Shown piece after piece: positions 41,144 through 52,800 of a DNA stretch of 64,000 nt. Under the pieces are notes generated by a model. It had not been told where the DNA came from. It saw only the letters and a program-made list of their open reading frames with translations, and did no database searches. Both the position numbers and the translations under genes were made by a program. The first letter of the stretch is position 1. Every line of letters begins with the position of its first letter. The DNA is from Camelus ferus (Eukaryota). The stretch lies in assembly GCF_009834535.1 (NCBI RefSeq), contig NC_045697.1, positions 79,796,001 through 79,860,000 of the forward strand, given 5' to 3'.

Positions 41144-41242
41144 CTAAAATTGAATTTTAGGATTAATTAAGAGTGAAAAAGCATTCCATCTCCTGCCTAT
41201 TTATTACTTTACCCTGGTAATAAATCTATTTGAAAAGAGACC
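41144..41242 (+). other. Segment homologous to the human MIR1243 hairpin locus; mature arm not conserved, so probably not a functional miRNA here
   Basis: tccatctcctgcctatttattacttt...ggtaataaatctattt..aaaaga.acc matches my recall of the hsa-mir-1243 precursor. The 5' part is interrupted relative to the recalled mature AACUGGAUCAAUUAUAGGAGUG. Confidence 0.6.
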
Positions 41243-41457
41243 ATTATAGAGCCTTCCATTTGGAACTATGCCTACTTGGTAGCCAAATGGTAATTGTTCT
41301 TTGCTTTGTTCTTCCAATTAAAATGAAGCTTTTGTAGGGTGTCCCTTTATTCTGATTGAGGACTGGTCTAAATCTTTGGTGCTGAATTTATTTAAGTAAA
41401 ATGACTCTAAAGAGCTATACTTTCATAGGGGCTAACAAATACTTTCTGAGGCACATG

Positions 41458-41794
41458 TGTCATCCTAGTCTGTTCTAGCTGCTATAACAAAATACTATAG
41501 CTTGTGAACAACTGAAATTTATTTCTTACAGTTTTGGAGTCCGGAAGTCTGAGATAAGGGTGTCAACACAGCAGGATGAGAAGAGGTCCCTCTTCCAGGT
41601 GGCAGGATTCTCCTTGTATCTTCACATGGTAGAGAGGAGGCAGGGAGCTCTCTGGGGTATCTTTTATAAGGGCATTAATCTCATTTGTGACCTAATTATC
41701 TCCCAAAGGCCCCACCTACTAATACCATTACATTTGGCATTAGGATTTCAACACATGAATTTTGAGGGGGAGCACAAATATTCAGACCATAGCA
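41458..41794 (-). mobile_element. MaLR solo LTR (MLT1A-like)
   Basis: gctgctataacaaaatac...aaatttatttcttacagttttggag...cttttataagggcattaatctcatt...atttcaacacatgaattttgagggg..cacaaatattcagaccatagca, with catgt at both flanks. Confidence 0.85.
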
Positions 41795-42049
41795 CATGTT
41801 CATTGATTTTAAGACTCATTCCTTGTTACCAGGTATGTGTTGACTTTCATTGTTACCTAATAGTCTTAAGAGTGAACTTCTTCATGATGCTGATTATCCA
41901 AAATGATCAGCATTTTCTTTCTACCCACACTACTTTGAGGGGTCATCCTATCTTATTTCCTATCTATTTCCTGTGTTTCTGCCTTATAAGGCTACGTTTC
42001 TTCCTTTTCATGCTTTTATCTTCATGTTTATTTTTCTCAAAACAATAAT

Positions 42050-42220
42050 CATAGTAGTTACTACTTATTGAGCACCTATTAGATGTTTTATATGTGATAC
42101 TTCTCTTGGTTCTATTTCGTAGACATTATCTCCATTTATATCAAAGGATATTGAAGCCTTTGTAGACTAGGTAATATACCCAAAATTATAGAGCCTAAGT
42201 TGGAATTCAAAACCCAAACT
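42050..42220 (-). mobile_element. MIR fragment
   Basis: tagttactacttattgagcacctatt...attatctccattt...cccaaaattatagagc. Confidence 0.55.
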
Positions 42221-45200
42221 CAAAACCCTTCATCACACAAAAGAAGCTCTGTTTTATAACATTATCAAAACTATTTTTATCCTTTAATTTAAAAAAATTG
42301 GTTAAAGTGGAGAATCAAAAACAATAATACACACATACCCTAAATGTTTTATTTTAACTTGAAACATATACATTGGAATTCTTTTACCGATAGTTTGATG
42401 TAGGATCAAAATTTTTTGTTTAAGAATGTTTTGTTTACAAATTTCCCAACCTTTTTTGAATAAACAATTGCATTCATCTATATTTTGTCTCACCTGTGTT
42501 TTCCAGTTTGGCATCTTTTAATTGAAGTCAAAACTTAAAGACACTTGCAGAACAAGTTGATTGTAGAATTTCTAGATATTTCTGAAGCCTTCTTCCCAGT
42601 ATTTTATGTTTGTTTCAGCCATGCCCGTAATTCAACAGACATATTTGTTAGGAATTCATCTTTATCAAGTCCTTACAAAGCATTTATATGAATTTTCGTA
42701 TAACAACAACTTTCTTGGCACCCGTATTTTGTTAGATAATGTTTATTTAAATTATATAATTGCAATAGCAAGTACATGTGGGATAAAAAGTTTAGTAAGA
42801 AACATTCTTGGCCCTTGGTAGGCACACAGCTTAGCTGGTGGGAGAATTGCACATTGTATAGAACAGCTGGTAAGCTCCAAGCTTTTCATATACACTGGGC
42901 ATCAGTCAGTATTCACAGAGGCACTGGAGACATTTTATTAAGTAAAGGTTTGTTAAGAGAACTTCTACTCTATGTCTTTCAAGAAGTGAGGGGAGGAAGA
43001 AAACTCATTTATTCCGTTTCTCTGAACAAACTGAAAGCTAAGTGTATCACAGGACTTGAAACAGTAAAAAAAATCTACAGATACTCTTATTTTACAAAGT
43101 TAGCTGGGTTGAACATTGCCTAAAGTTTCTACCTAAACTATCAAGTTCGTTTTTCCTATAAAACTTCTAACTTGTGAAAAATATTCTGTTGTATGTTTTC
43201 AGTGACATCTTATGTATCCATTAGATTTTGGTGACAGTTTTGAATTCTTAAATGTTTAAGGATTGTAATTGTTTATTAAGATTCATTACTTTGTTATCAA
43301 AACTTTTTCTTTAGAAGTATAGTGTTCAAAAGCCCTATAGTACCTATTGTTTCTACAATTCACTTGATGCATTTATTGCCCATTTATCTAACATTCATTA
43401 TCATTTATTCTTATGCACAGTAGTGTGGTTTGGTGGAAAGGTAAAGAAAAAAATGAGGTAAGACTGAGCTTGAAGAGTTCGGATTGCATAACTTCCCAAC
43501 TAAGTGATGCTACTTTGGGGAACCAAAACAGCTTTGTTTTGTTTTTTAAATTCATTCCTTTTGTGTCAGTGCCTTGTTCATAGTTCCATTGTTTCAAGTC
43601 TTTATAGGTCTGTTCCTCTGTTCTATGGTTTCTGCCCTATGCTTGGTTGTCTTTGATTATATGCTGTACTTGGGAAATTATTTATGTAGATAATTTGAGG
43701 CCAAGGAGGAAGATAACTTCTTCAGAGAAGATATATTTTTACGTCTGCCAGGCTCTGTGGTCACAAATGATTTGGAGAGCACCCTAAACCAAGTTCAAGT
43801 CTTGAGTTTTGTTGAAACATCAGGCAATAAAACCTTTGCTCGAGGGCTGGTTATTTATTATTCCACCTCTGGCTTAAGAGTGTAGCTTTCTGAGGTCTCA
43901 GATAATTGTGGGGAGCCCTCACAATAGAAGCCTATTAGACTCTGCACCTTGTGTAGACATTGGCCTTTGATTTCTGCCTTCTGGCTCATGAAGTTTACAA
44001 AATGAAAGTTCAAATGATCGAGGAAATACACTCAGGAAACACAAGGAATTTTTCTGCTTGTTTATCTCCCAGCAGTTCCATTTTTCTTCAGTTTTGCCTA
44101 GGAATTCCTGGTTATCATGTCAGCTCTTCATTGCTTTTAAGATGTGATTTATATTTTACCAGTGGGAGGTTTGGTCTGAATGTCTTGGCTCCTATTAGCT
44201 GGAAACACATACTGTCCATGTTGGTGCTTAGTCTTTCAGTGATTAATTTGATTTAAAAATGACAGAAACACCATGTCACAGAAAAGGCCTGACTGGGCCT
44301 TACCTCTGGAAATGTAGTTTCCAAAGAAAGTTTGATTTAGTTTTCTACTTTGGCTTCCATATTTGTGGACTATGACTTTGCATGAGTAGGTATAAAATGA
44401 AAAGTGCTAGTCATGCTGAAAGCAAGAAACAGTGACTGCCTAGCAACAGATTTTTATTTATAGGTCAATTAAACAAAGGCTGCAATAAAAAGAATATCTT
44501 ATGTAAAACAGTTCATTTTTTTTTCTTAATTAAACTCAAGTGGGGCAGGGAGGAGATAGTTAATTATATGCAGGGGCATCCAGAAGCAGTAATAATTCAG
44601 ATCTTTATAAAAATTACTAACTACCCATGGATACAACAGGAGCACTTTGTAGCACTTCAGTTTCCTGCTGCCAACCATGCAGCCACAAGGGGATTGTTTT
44701 TTGAATGTTTGTGTTATTGAAACAACAAATGTTGTGTCTTTTGTATTTATTGCAGTATCTACTGCACAGAAACTTTACATAGAATTGGTTGTTGGAATTG
44801 CCTGAAAGTGTTCATGTCCGTGTTTTAATGATAAGGGTATTGAGTTGGAAAACTTGAGATCTGAAATGTCCTTCACTGATTTGATGTTTGATTTCAGCAG
44901 ATTTGAGTATATTCTAAGATTACATTTTGTCATCTTTCTATAGTTAATTTTGGATAACAGTGAGAGATTTTTGCTACTAATTTACTGGCCAGGAATATTG
45001 AGTTAGAGGGCTATAATTCATGGTCCATAGAAAGTATAAACTAATAGCCCAGTCATTTAAACCCACATTTACTGGCTTTTAAGCCTTACTGATTTATAGG
45101 CAAATATGAATTCTTTCATGAAAATTTAAGAGATGCATGGTTTGAATTTGGGGTCACATGAAGAATAACAGTTAAAAATAGTTTTGTTACTATCAAGAAC

Positions 45201-48200
45201 AAATAATCTGTTTTGGTAAACAATCTAATTAAAACATGTTCTTTCAAACTGTTTATCCCAATAGCACTTCTAACTGACATTATGCAAATGTAAACCTTTC
45301 AAGTACTGATCACACTTCTCTCTCCCTCACCAGTGAAGTTGTTTCCTTTGAGATGCTTAAGCTATTAACATATAGTAATTCCTGAGTAAAAATAAAATTC
45401 CTAAAATAAGAATATAAATTTCTTTATGGATAAAAGGCACATAAAAACATCTCCAGGAGTCTTCAGGAGTAAAAGGCTTGATACTACATTTTTACATTTT
45501 AATCACAATTCAGTGTTCTTTATTTGACCAAAGTAAAAGAGCTAAGAAACACACCTAGAGATTTTACTAAAAGCTGTTACAAACCCAAAAAGGAAGTTTT
45601 ATGTGTTTTAAAACGTAATGGTAAATTTTCAGTAGGAGTTAGAACTTTACCCTAATGTTTCAATTCCTAATAGACTATGGGGCTTTCTTATCCAAGATCA
45701 GAATGTTTTTCAGAATAAAATTTATGAGAGGAGAGTGGTCCTGAGAGGATATTTGAAGATATTTAGACATAGCTGCAAACTTGAAACCAGGCATTTGAAG
45801 ATTGTGAATCAGCTTTCTAGGCAAGATCTGAATATCAGTAGTTTTAGTCTCTGCAGATTTTACAGGAAGTCTGAAAATAATTCACTCATAACAGCTGGAT
45901 TTTCATCCCCACCTGGGCAGAGGCTGTCATTGTCACCACTGGGTCCCCAGTGCTCCTCCAGTTCACTGAGTTCATACAAAAATGGCACCAGAGACAGAGC
46001 TGTGCAGTAACAAGACGGGGACAGGGAGATGGTTTTCATTTTCAACCAAGAATAACTGAAAATAAAATTTGAAGATTAATTCCTAGGCTTTCAATCTAAA
46101 AATACCATAGGGTAAATGAAAAGGAAGAAAGATTTTAGCATCATGGGGGCTTTTCTCAGTCCTGAATGACCTCTCTTTATTTCCTGTCAAAGTCGGCACC
46201 GAGAAAATGAATGTGAGTAGGAAGCCTCAGAGAAGGGATTTTCCGTCAGAAGTCTTTTCGCGACAATCCGGCCCGGTATGCAGGCCCACTCCAGCTCACA
46301 CAGGCCAGGCGAATGCATGGTCGGCCGTCTTTGTCTACACTCACACTTTGGGGATGAATGATTGGAGTTGGGGGGTTGGGAGGACACAGGGAAGGATAGG
46401 CTCTGTCTCTCTTTTTCTTTTGAACTTAGCCCTTCTTGATTTTCCTTTCTCTGCCTGTGCCTTTCCCTTACCTCTGCCCAGTGCACTTGTGGCTGCTGCC
46501 AGTAATCTCCTGACCAACCTCACAGGCATGAGAGAGCTGAGGGCTATGGTGACAAAATGCGAACTACTTATGACCTACAACTTTGTGTGGCTTGATTTCC
46601 TTTGTGTAAAGGCATCTCCAGAGGGAAGCTTTTCACTTGTCCGCTTACCATTGTTCCTAGCTGGAAATTTTTTAGGAAGCCTCAGAAGTGCTCTGAGCTT
46701 GCTTCAGAGACTGGAAGGTGGGGGTCTTGAGACTTCTGCTTCTCCACCCTGAACTATGGAAACCACCTGTTTGGATTTGGAACCAGGGTGTCCTTGTTTC
46801 CATTCCTCAGGCAGAAGTAGAAGGAAGATATCATTTGAGTAGTCTAATTTTAACCAAGTCATCTCCTTACAGAAGCTGTCATCAACAGAAAATAGGATTT
46901 ATTGTATTACCAGCAAGCTCTGCTTTGTTAATTTTGTGTTGTCAGATTGGTTTTTGGATTTGACTTTAGGTAAAACAAGTTGGGGGTGATATATCAATGT
47001 AGTTACTCGTTCAGTTTGCTTTATCTTACCCCTGACAATTCATGAGTCTCAGAACACACAGGACTTCTTAAATGTGGATAAACACCCTTGAACTTGAGTA
47101 GAATGAATTCTTGGTTAATAGGTCAAGTGAGCAGAAACTTTTTTTTCCCCTAATTAGGTGATGTTTTAACTGTCTTTTGTAGTGCATCTGCTTCTTTTCC
47201 CACTTACCACCCACATTCCATTTGTGGAGGAGTGACAATATATGCTATTTAATTGCATAGCTGCTTCTTTTGGGTGAGGATGGGGAGAGAGAAGGAGGAT
47301 TAAATTGCATATGGCTAGCTCAGTTGTTATTGAACGATGTCCTGACTGATGCCTGACGTCTGCAGAGGATTTTCTTTGGATTCTGATCAATGGAATGTTG
47401 GACACTGAGGACAGCAAATGGCCATTTTCTCTCCTGTCTTTAAAAAGAAGTATGTCCGCTTGAAGGGCAATCTATCTAAGCTGGCTTTCGAGTTTAAATG
47501 TAAACGACAGTGCGTTCCTTACTTTGAAGGCAGAGACAAGCTTATTCCATTGATGGCCAAGATGCTTTGTGAAAGGAAGCAGCTTTTATTACAAGTTCAA
47601 AATTCAGCCAGTATTCTATCTCTGCTGGAGGCTTGATGGGACGACTCCTTTAATGTGGTACATGCATCATTTAAATGGCTGGGAGCTCCTGGGACTGGAA
47701 CCTGGTGCCCTGTCTGTGCAGAGGTCAGCTGGTGAGTGTGCGCTGCTCTCTTTCTTCAGAAAACTGATACTGATTTATTTTTCCGTTCAGATAGAAATCA
47801 TAGGAGAGTTTGAGCAACACAAATATACAGGAAGGAATGGCTTTAGAAAATTATTTCTTAACAGTTTATTATTACGTAAGTTAGTTGTAGAGACAAGTTA
47901 TCACTGTGTAGGAATGTCTGAACTGCCTGGCACTCCAAAAAGGATTATGTGCCTCCATTCATCTCATGTGGGAGCAAAATTTTCTATGATTGGGGAAAAG
48001 ATAAATTAAAAAAATCACATGCTAAAAAAGAACTTGTGATCAGTTAAAAATACTCATTACTAGTCTGAGATTTCCTGTTTTGTGATTTGAGTAGGAGAGC
48101 CCACAGTGGGGCTTTTTTGAGTGGACCCCTTCTCCCCAGGTGGGCTGATTTAAGAGAAATGAACCTTGACCCGACTGCTTGTTCAGGGAGGGCTACTGGA

Positions 48201-50249
48201 GCAAGTCGTTTGCCTCTAGGGTCCTCAACTGTAAAAACACGGTGACTTTCTTCCCTGGATTGCATCTGAAGATGTTATGAGAGAATGTAGGTGAAGTTGT
48301 ATAATTATTGTTTTTAAAGATCTGGCAATCATGGTGCTTCGTGAAATATTAATGTCAAACTAACATCTAACAACCTAACATCTGATTCATTACCTTTTCT
48401 TCATGAGATAAAGCGAAGAAAAGAGCTCTCGTACTTTTTGTAGAAAAATGGAGGGAATCTTGGAGACTAAGACTTTGTTAACCATACCTGAGAACTTTTA
48501 AAAAAGTTATTAGCTTAGAGTTTTAAATACATTTAATTCTCCTGGCCTTGGAGAAATCACATAATTAAATTGATACTATCCAATTTTACAAGTAGGGCGA
48601 TTGAACTCATGCAAGGCTAATGAAATAAACTAATGTTTTTTGACAGCAGGAACTCCCCCACTTTCTTCTCTAGCTATGCTAGTGGTTTTTCACTTTCCTT
48701 TGGGGAAATCTGCAGAGGGGAGAAGACATTGTCATATAGTATAAGCAGGTTCTAAAGGGGCCATGGGAAGGGCTTCGTCCCAGAAGAGCCACCCTCACTA
48801 AAGGAAATCCACGGTAGGAAGCTCAGTTACAGTTTGTTGAGACTCGTGTTATTAAGTTAAAAGGATGTCCATGAATCAAGTGAGACTTGTTGGTTGTAAA
48901 CATTTAAAAAAAATATTTAGAAGAAAAGAGACTGCCAGATGGCATTAAGATCATCCTGTGCTCCAGTCTTTCTGCTTTCACTGAACCACTTTTATCCCTA
49001 ATGAATGCTTTGACACCATCACAGCTGATTCTCTCAAAGCACCTCAGAGGAGGTGTTTGAATTCTTTCCTATCAAGTGGCAGGCGATGACTCACTTGGTT
49101 AAGGAGATACAGGAATCCTCCCCAGATCCACATATTATCCTCCCGGGAAGCCTAAATGTCTCTGTGTGTTTCTTTGTAAATATGTACAAAATTTTCCTGA
49201 GGAGGGAGTTAATGAGAAGCTGATTTTTCTTTTTTTAGAAGATGAATTCTCTGCTGTTCAAATCAGAGAGGGTTTGGCTCCCCATATATAAGAAACTGAT
49301 CGTGCTGGCTAGAAGTTAACTGACCCATGAACTATCATGGTGCCAGTTCAAGGCTGGACCACATCATTGCAATTATTCCCTCCTTTGACTTTTAAATCCG
49401 ATCAAGTGCTGGCTTCTCTGTACTACCATGGAGTGCATTTTGTTTGCCTGTGGGATATTTTTTTAATCCAGCTGCTTTCAACTTAGTTTAGGTAAAAAAG
49501 AAACATTATAAATTATGTTGTTGTAATGAGCTAAAACAGGTAGTGGCCACCCACAATATAGAGAATTAGTATTTTCCCACCTGGAAGAGATACTATCTTC
49601 ATGTAGTACTGGTAGTGAAACTCTGCATTCTCCATTCATCTAGGCAGATGTGTCACAGGGTTAGGATACAAAAATGTACCATTTTCTAAAAGGACACATT
49701 TAACATTATTTTACTTTTTTCTTAATAATAGGATATATGTAGAATCAGATTATATTGTTTAAATGTTAAAATGATTATAATACTAGTGAAAACTTTTCTT
49801 CATTCTGAAATGAGACAACTGTGTGATTATATATAGGGGTGAGGGGAGGTCTATAATCCACTATGTATAACATCTCCAGAGTCCAGGGATGAGTAATTGA
49901 GAAATGAGTGACAGCCTTTTGGTTCTTGATAAAACTGTGGTAAGACTCAGAAAAATTGGTACTATATGTGATTGGAATACTATAGAGAATTTCGTCTTCT
50001 TGGATTAACAGGTTGTATCCTTTCCCTTCTTTCATTGTATCTTTTTATTGGGTATACATACAGGAACATCCAGAAATACTAATCTTGTGTTACCTAATGT
50101 TAATTTGGTATTTCACAAAAGCATTTGGTAATGAATAATGAGTACCTGTGTGCCTCTTAGAATGATGGAGAGTGGCTTTAGGTGTTGCCTGCTTCCTTCT
50201 ATCCCTGTTTCTGCCTCTGCCCTTCCCTCCCTCTTTTGAGCACCCCCTC

Positions 50250-51185
50250 AAAAATCTCCCAGGATAACCTGGCTGAGCCCAGATTATGCAGTGTGCTCAC
50301 TAACAGCTCCTTTCCATTCCCTGCTTAATGCAGCTCCCTAATGCAGCCTCACGAAGGTCTGTAAATGACACGCTGAGGACCAGACTACTCCCAGCCCTTC
50401 CCAGGCGTGCTCACCCCTGTGTTTCTCTGGCAGTGACAAGTTAACTCCAACAGTGCTCGTCTTCTCCTCAAAACGGCAGCGTTGATTCTCTTCTCTAAAT
50501 GAACCTTGGAAATGGGAAGGGCTGAGAGATTTAAAAGGCAGGAATTCATGTCATGTGCTGTAGCAGAGCAGCCGTAGCCACGGCAGCAGCAGCGGCGGCA
50601 GCAGCAGCAGCAGCAGCGAGTCATTTAGCGGGACTGCACCATTTTCTTCTCACCCTGCATAGAGGTGTGGTTGGAAGAGGCAATAAACTACCCACCCCCT
50701 AGCAGTTCCACAGAGGTGGCCTCTTCCTGGCTCCAGTCAGAAGACACAGACTGTCTGGAGGAGTCCCCAGAGACCGTTCCAACTGGTGATGTGTGTCTAA
50801 GGAAGGCTTTTTCAACTAGTAGGATGCTTGCCTGCACTTGCGGCCACCCAACTGCTGAAGAGCTCGAAGTCTAGTGCTCCGCCTTCCCATGGGACCATTT
50901 CCGAGTGTGGGCGCACACCTATGCCTGCGCTTGTGCAGGTGTGTGTTCCTGGGGGGCCTGGCCTGGGACCTTGGTACGCTGTAGTGAGTTATGGGTGCTG
51001 CAGAGGCTGGAGCAAGATTACGACCTAGCTCCGGGGCGGAGTGGATTATTTTGTGAGCCTTCTGGCTGCCAGCCATTGCCCTAGTGGGGAAAATCACATA
51101 TCCCCATCTACCCCTGAAATCACTTGGGTTGCTGAGCAGTGGAGATTCAGCTTTGGCGACAGCTTCTGCTGCTTTCCTCTGCAAA
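50250..51185 (+). promoter_or_regulatory. ANK2: Alternative promoter / 5' UTR of the ANK2 MAHAAAS exon
   Basis: Repeat-free, locally GC-richer stretch directly upstream of the ATG. TATA-like ATTTAAAA near 50529, GC box GGGGCGGAG at 51033-51041, no clear splice acceptor before the ATG. The TSS cannot be placed from sequence alone. Confidence 0.6.
50562..50617 (+). repeat. Interrupted CAG/CGG trinucleotide repeat
   Basis: agcagagcagccgtagccacggcagcagcagcggcggcagcagcagcagcagcagc. Confidence 0.9.
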
Positions 51186-51314
51186 ATGGCTCACGCTGCT
51201 GCTTCTATTAAAAAAGTTCGAGAGGCTGAACTGGATGAAAAGGAAAAAATCCTTGAGAGAGAAAGAAAAAAACAACGGAAAATCCCCAGGGAACGTATGG
51301 AACGGAAAAGAAAG
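51186..51314 (+). CDS. ANK2: Alternative first coding exon of ankyrin-2 (ankyrin-B), 43 aa MAHAAASIKKVREAELDEKEKILERERKKQRKIPRERMERKRK
   Basis: ATG in strong Kozak context (gcaaaATGG). 129-nt open frame ending at a phase-0 donor AAG|gtatga (51314/51315). The peptide matches my recall of an ANK2 alternative N-terminus and is paralogous to the ANK3 (MAHAASQLKK...RDRKKK) and ANK1 (MAQAAKQLKK...) first exons that splice onto the ankyrin-repeat exon. Confidence 0.9.
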
Positions 51315-51520
51315 GTATGAGGAGCATCCCTTAACCCTCTCCCTCTGTGATTCTGTGTAGAACCGTCAGCCTCAGAACTGGCAATTTCATCCTCCCTTCC
51401 CTCCATCATTCCCCTGCACCATTTCCAAGCTCAGTTTGCAGCCTATAGCTCATGCCTAGATTTGCTGCATTGGGAGGAGATGCCTGAGCAGGGCAAATCT
51501 CCTTGGCTTTAACTAAGTAA

Positions 51521-51523
<3 letters not shown>

Positions 51524-51555
<32 letters not shown>
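51524..51555 (+). repeat. Poly(A) tract, 32 nt
   Basis: Seen directly, about 210 nt downstream of the ANK2 exon donor. Confidence 0.95.
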
Positions 51556-51556
<1 letters not shown>

Positions 51557-52766
51557 CCTCTATTTCATTTTTCTGCTTTTCTCCATATCTTTATTTAGTC
51601 TCAAAGCCAGGTGTTTTATTCCTTAAAGTGAGTCTGAACACTTGTCATAGAAGAAGGAAGGGGCTGATTTTTGGTTGGAGGGCTAAAGTATTTTCTTCTT
51701 GTTCCTCATCTCTACTACTAGATCTTTAGCCTGCTCCTTCTCACTGCCTCTGTATATTTGATGTTGATTTCTGGTTAAGAATAAACCACAGGTTTTATTG
51801 ACTCTCTCTTTTCTCCTTCAGAAGGTTGACACTGTTCTGTGTGAAACTGCACTAAGAATATTGGTGCAGTGAGCTGTGTCTCAGAATTTTTTAAATTTTA
51901 ATTTTCATTAGTCTACCTTTTGGTTTTCCTCATTAACCTCAGGATTTTCTTTTCTGACTATAGCAATTAGATGAAAAGACTACGGTTAAATAACAGGGTG
52001 AAATGTTGATTCCTTTGACATGAAACTATAGAATCCTTGCCTCTCTCTGTCTTTTAAAATACTTTTTAAAATAGAGATCATCTTACAACTTGATGGAACT
52101 GAAATATTCATTCAGCTGGTGGTCTGTTTCAATAAGGGGAGACAATCTCTGTAAATGCTTTAATTAACAAAGTAGGTCACCAAATAATTTCAGATGATGA
52201 TAAATGGCATATTGCATTAGCAGAGCATAAAAATAGTGGTTTGTATACAAGCTGTTAAGCATAGCTCTGGGATTAGGGATGCGCTGGGGATCCACAGGCT
52301 CAATAATCCATGTGCTCAATGTCTCTCTTTTTTTTTTTTTTTTTCTCTCAGTAATAGATATGTTTACCTTTCCATTTGGGGGATGTTATCTTTGCCTCAC
52401 TTTTAGAAGGATACTGGAGGACCCACATTAAGTTGAGATCTTACTGCATAGGGATTCATTACATTTCAGTTTTACTACTTATTTCATCAGTAGTTAGATC
52501 AAATGACAGTCATTAGGCAACACAAATAAATGAAGTTTGCAGTATATTATGATTTCCCTTCTGGGGAAAACTTTAATACTGCCTGTCTGACCTTTAAAAG
52601 GCCTTGTTTAAAGGATGGATTAGTTCTTTTTTTATAATATCTAAAGTATCATTGGCCATTCTTGTGGGAGTTGGCTTCCTTCTTGATAGCGACTGCAGTT
52701 CTGTTTCTAATCCTCTAAATGGAACATTACTGCAGAAAGCAATTTCCTGTGATTATATCTTTTTTG

Positions 52767-52768
<2 letters not shown>

Positions 52769-52798
<30 letters not shown>
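52769..52798 (+). repeat. Poly(T) tract, 30 nt
   Basis: Seen directly. Confidence 0.95.

Positions 52799-52800
<2 letters not shown>

Noticed and set aside
41560..42048. 162-aa ORF
   Set aside because: Mostly a translation of the MLT1A LTR plus T-rich flank, with a non-ATG start.
43550..44230. Possible old L1M-like fragment
   Set aside because: Too degenerate to assign without a profile search.
46207..46752. 181-aa ORF, the longest in the track
   Set aside because: No recognisable domain and a composition typical of non-coding DNA. Only the CpG cluster at its start is kept as a finding.
50385..50624. Minus-strand poly-Cys ORF
   Set aside because: By-product of the CAG/CGG repeat read antisense.
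51084..51185. GTG-initiated N-terminal extension of the ANK2 exon
   Set aside because: The ATG at 51186 has a strong Kozak context and aligns with the paralogue starts. Nothing supports the extension.
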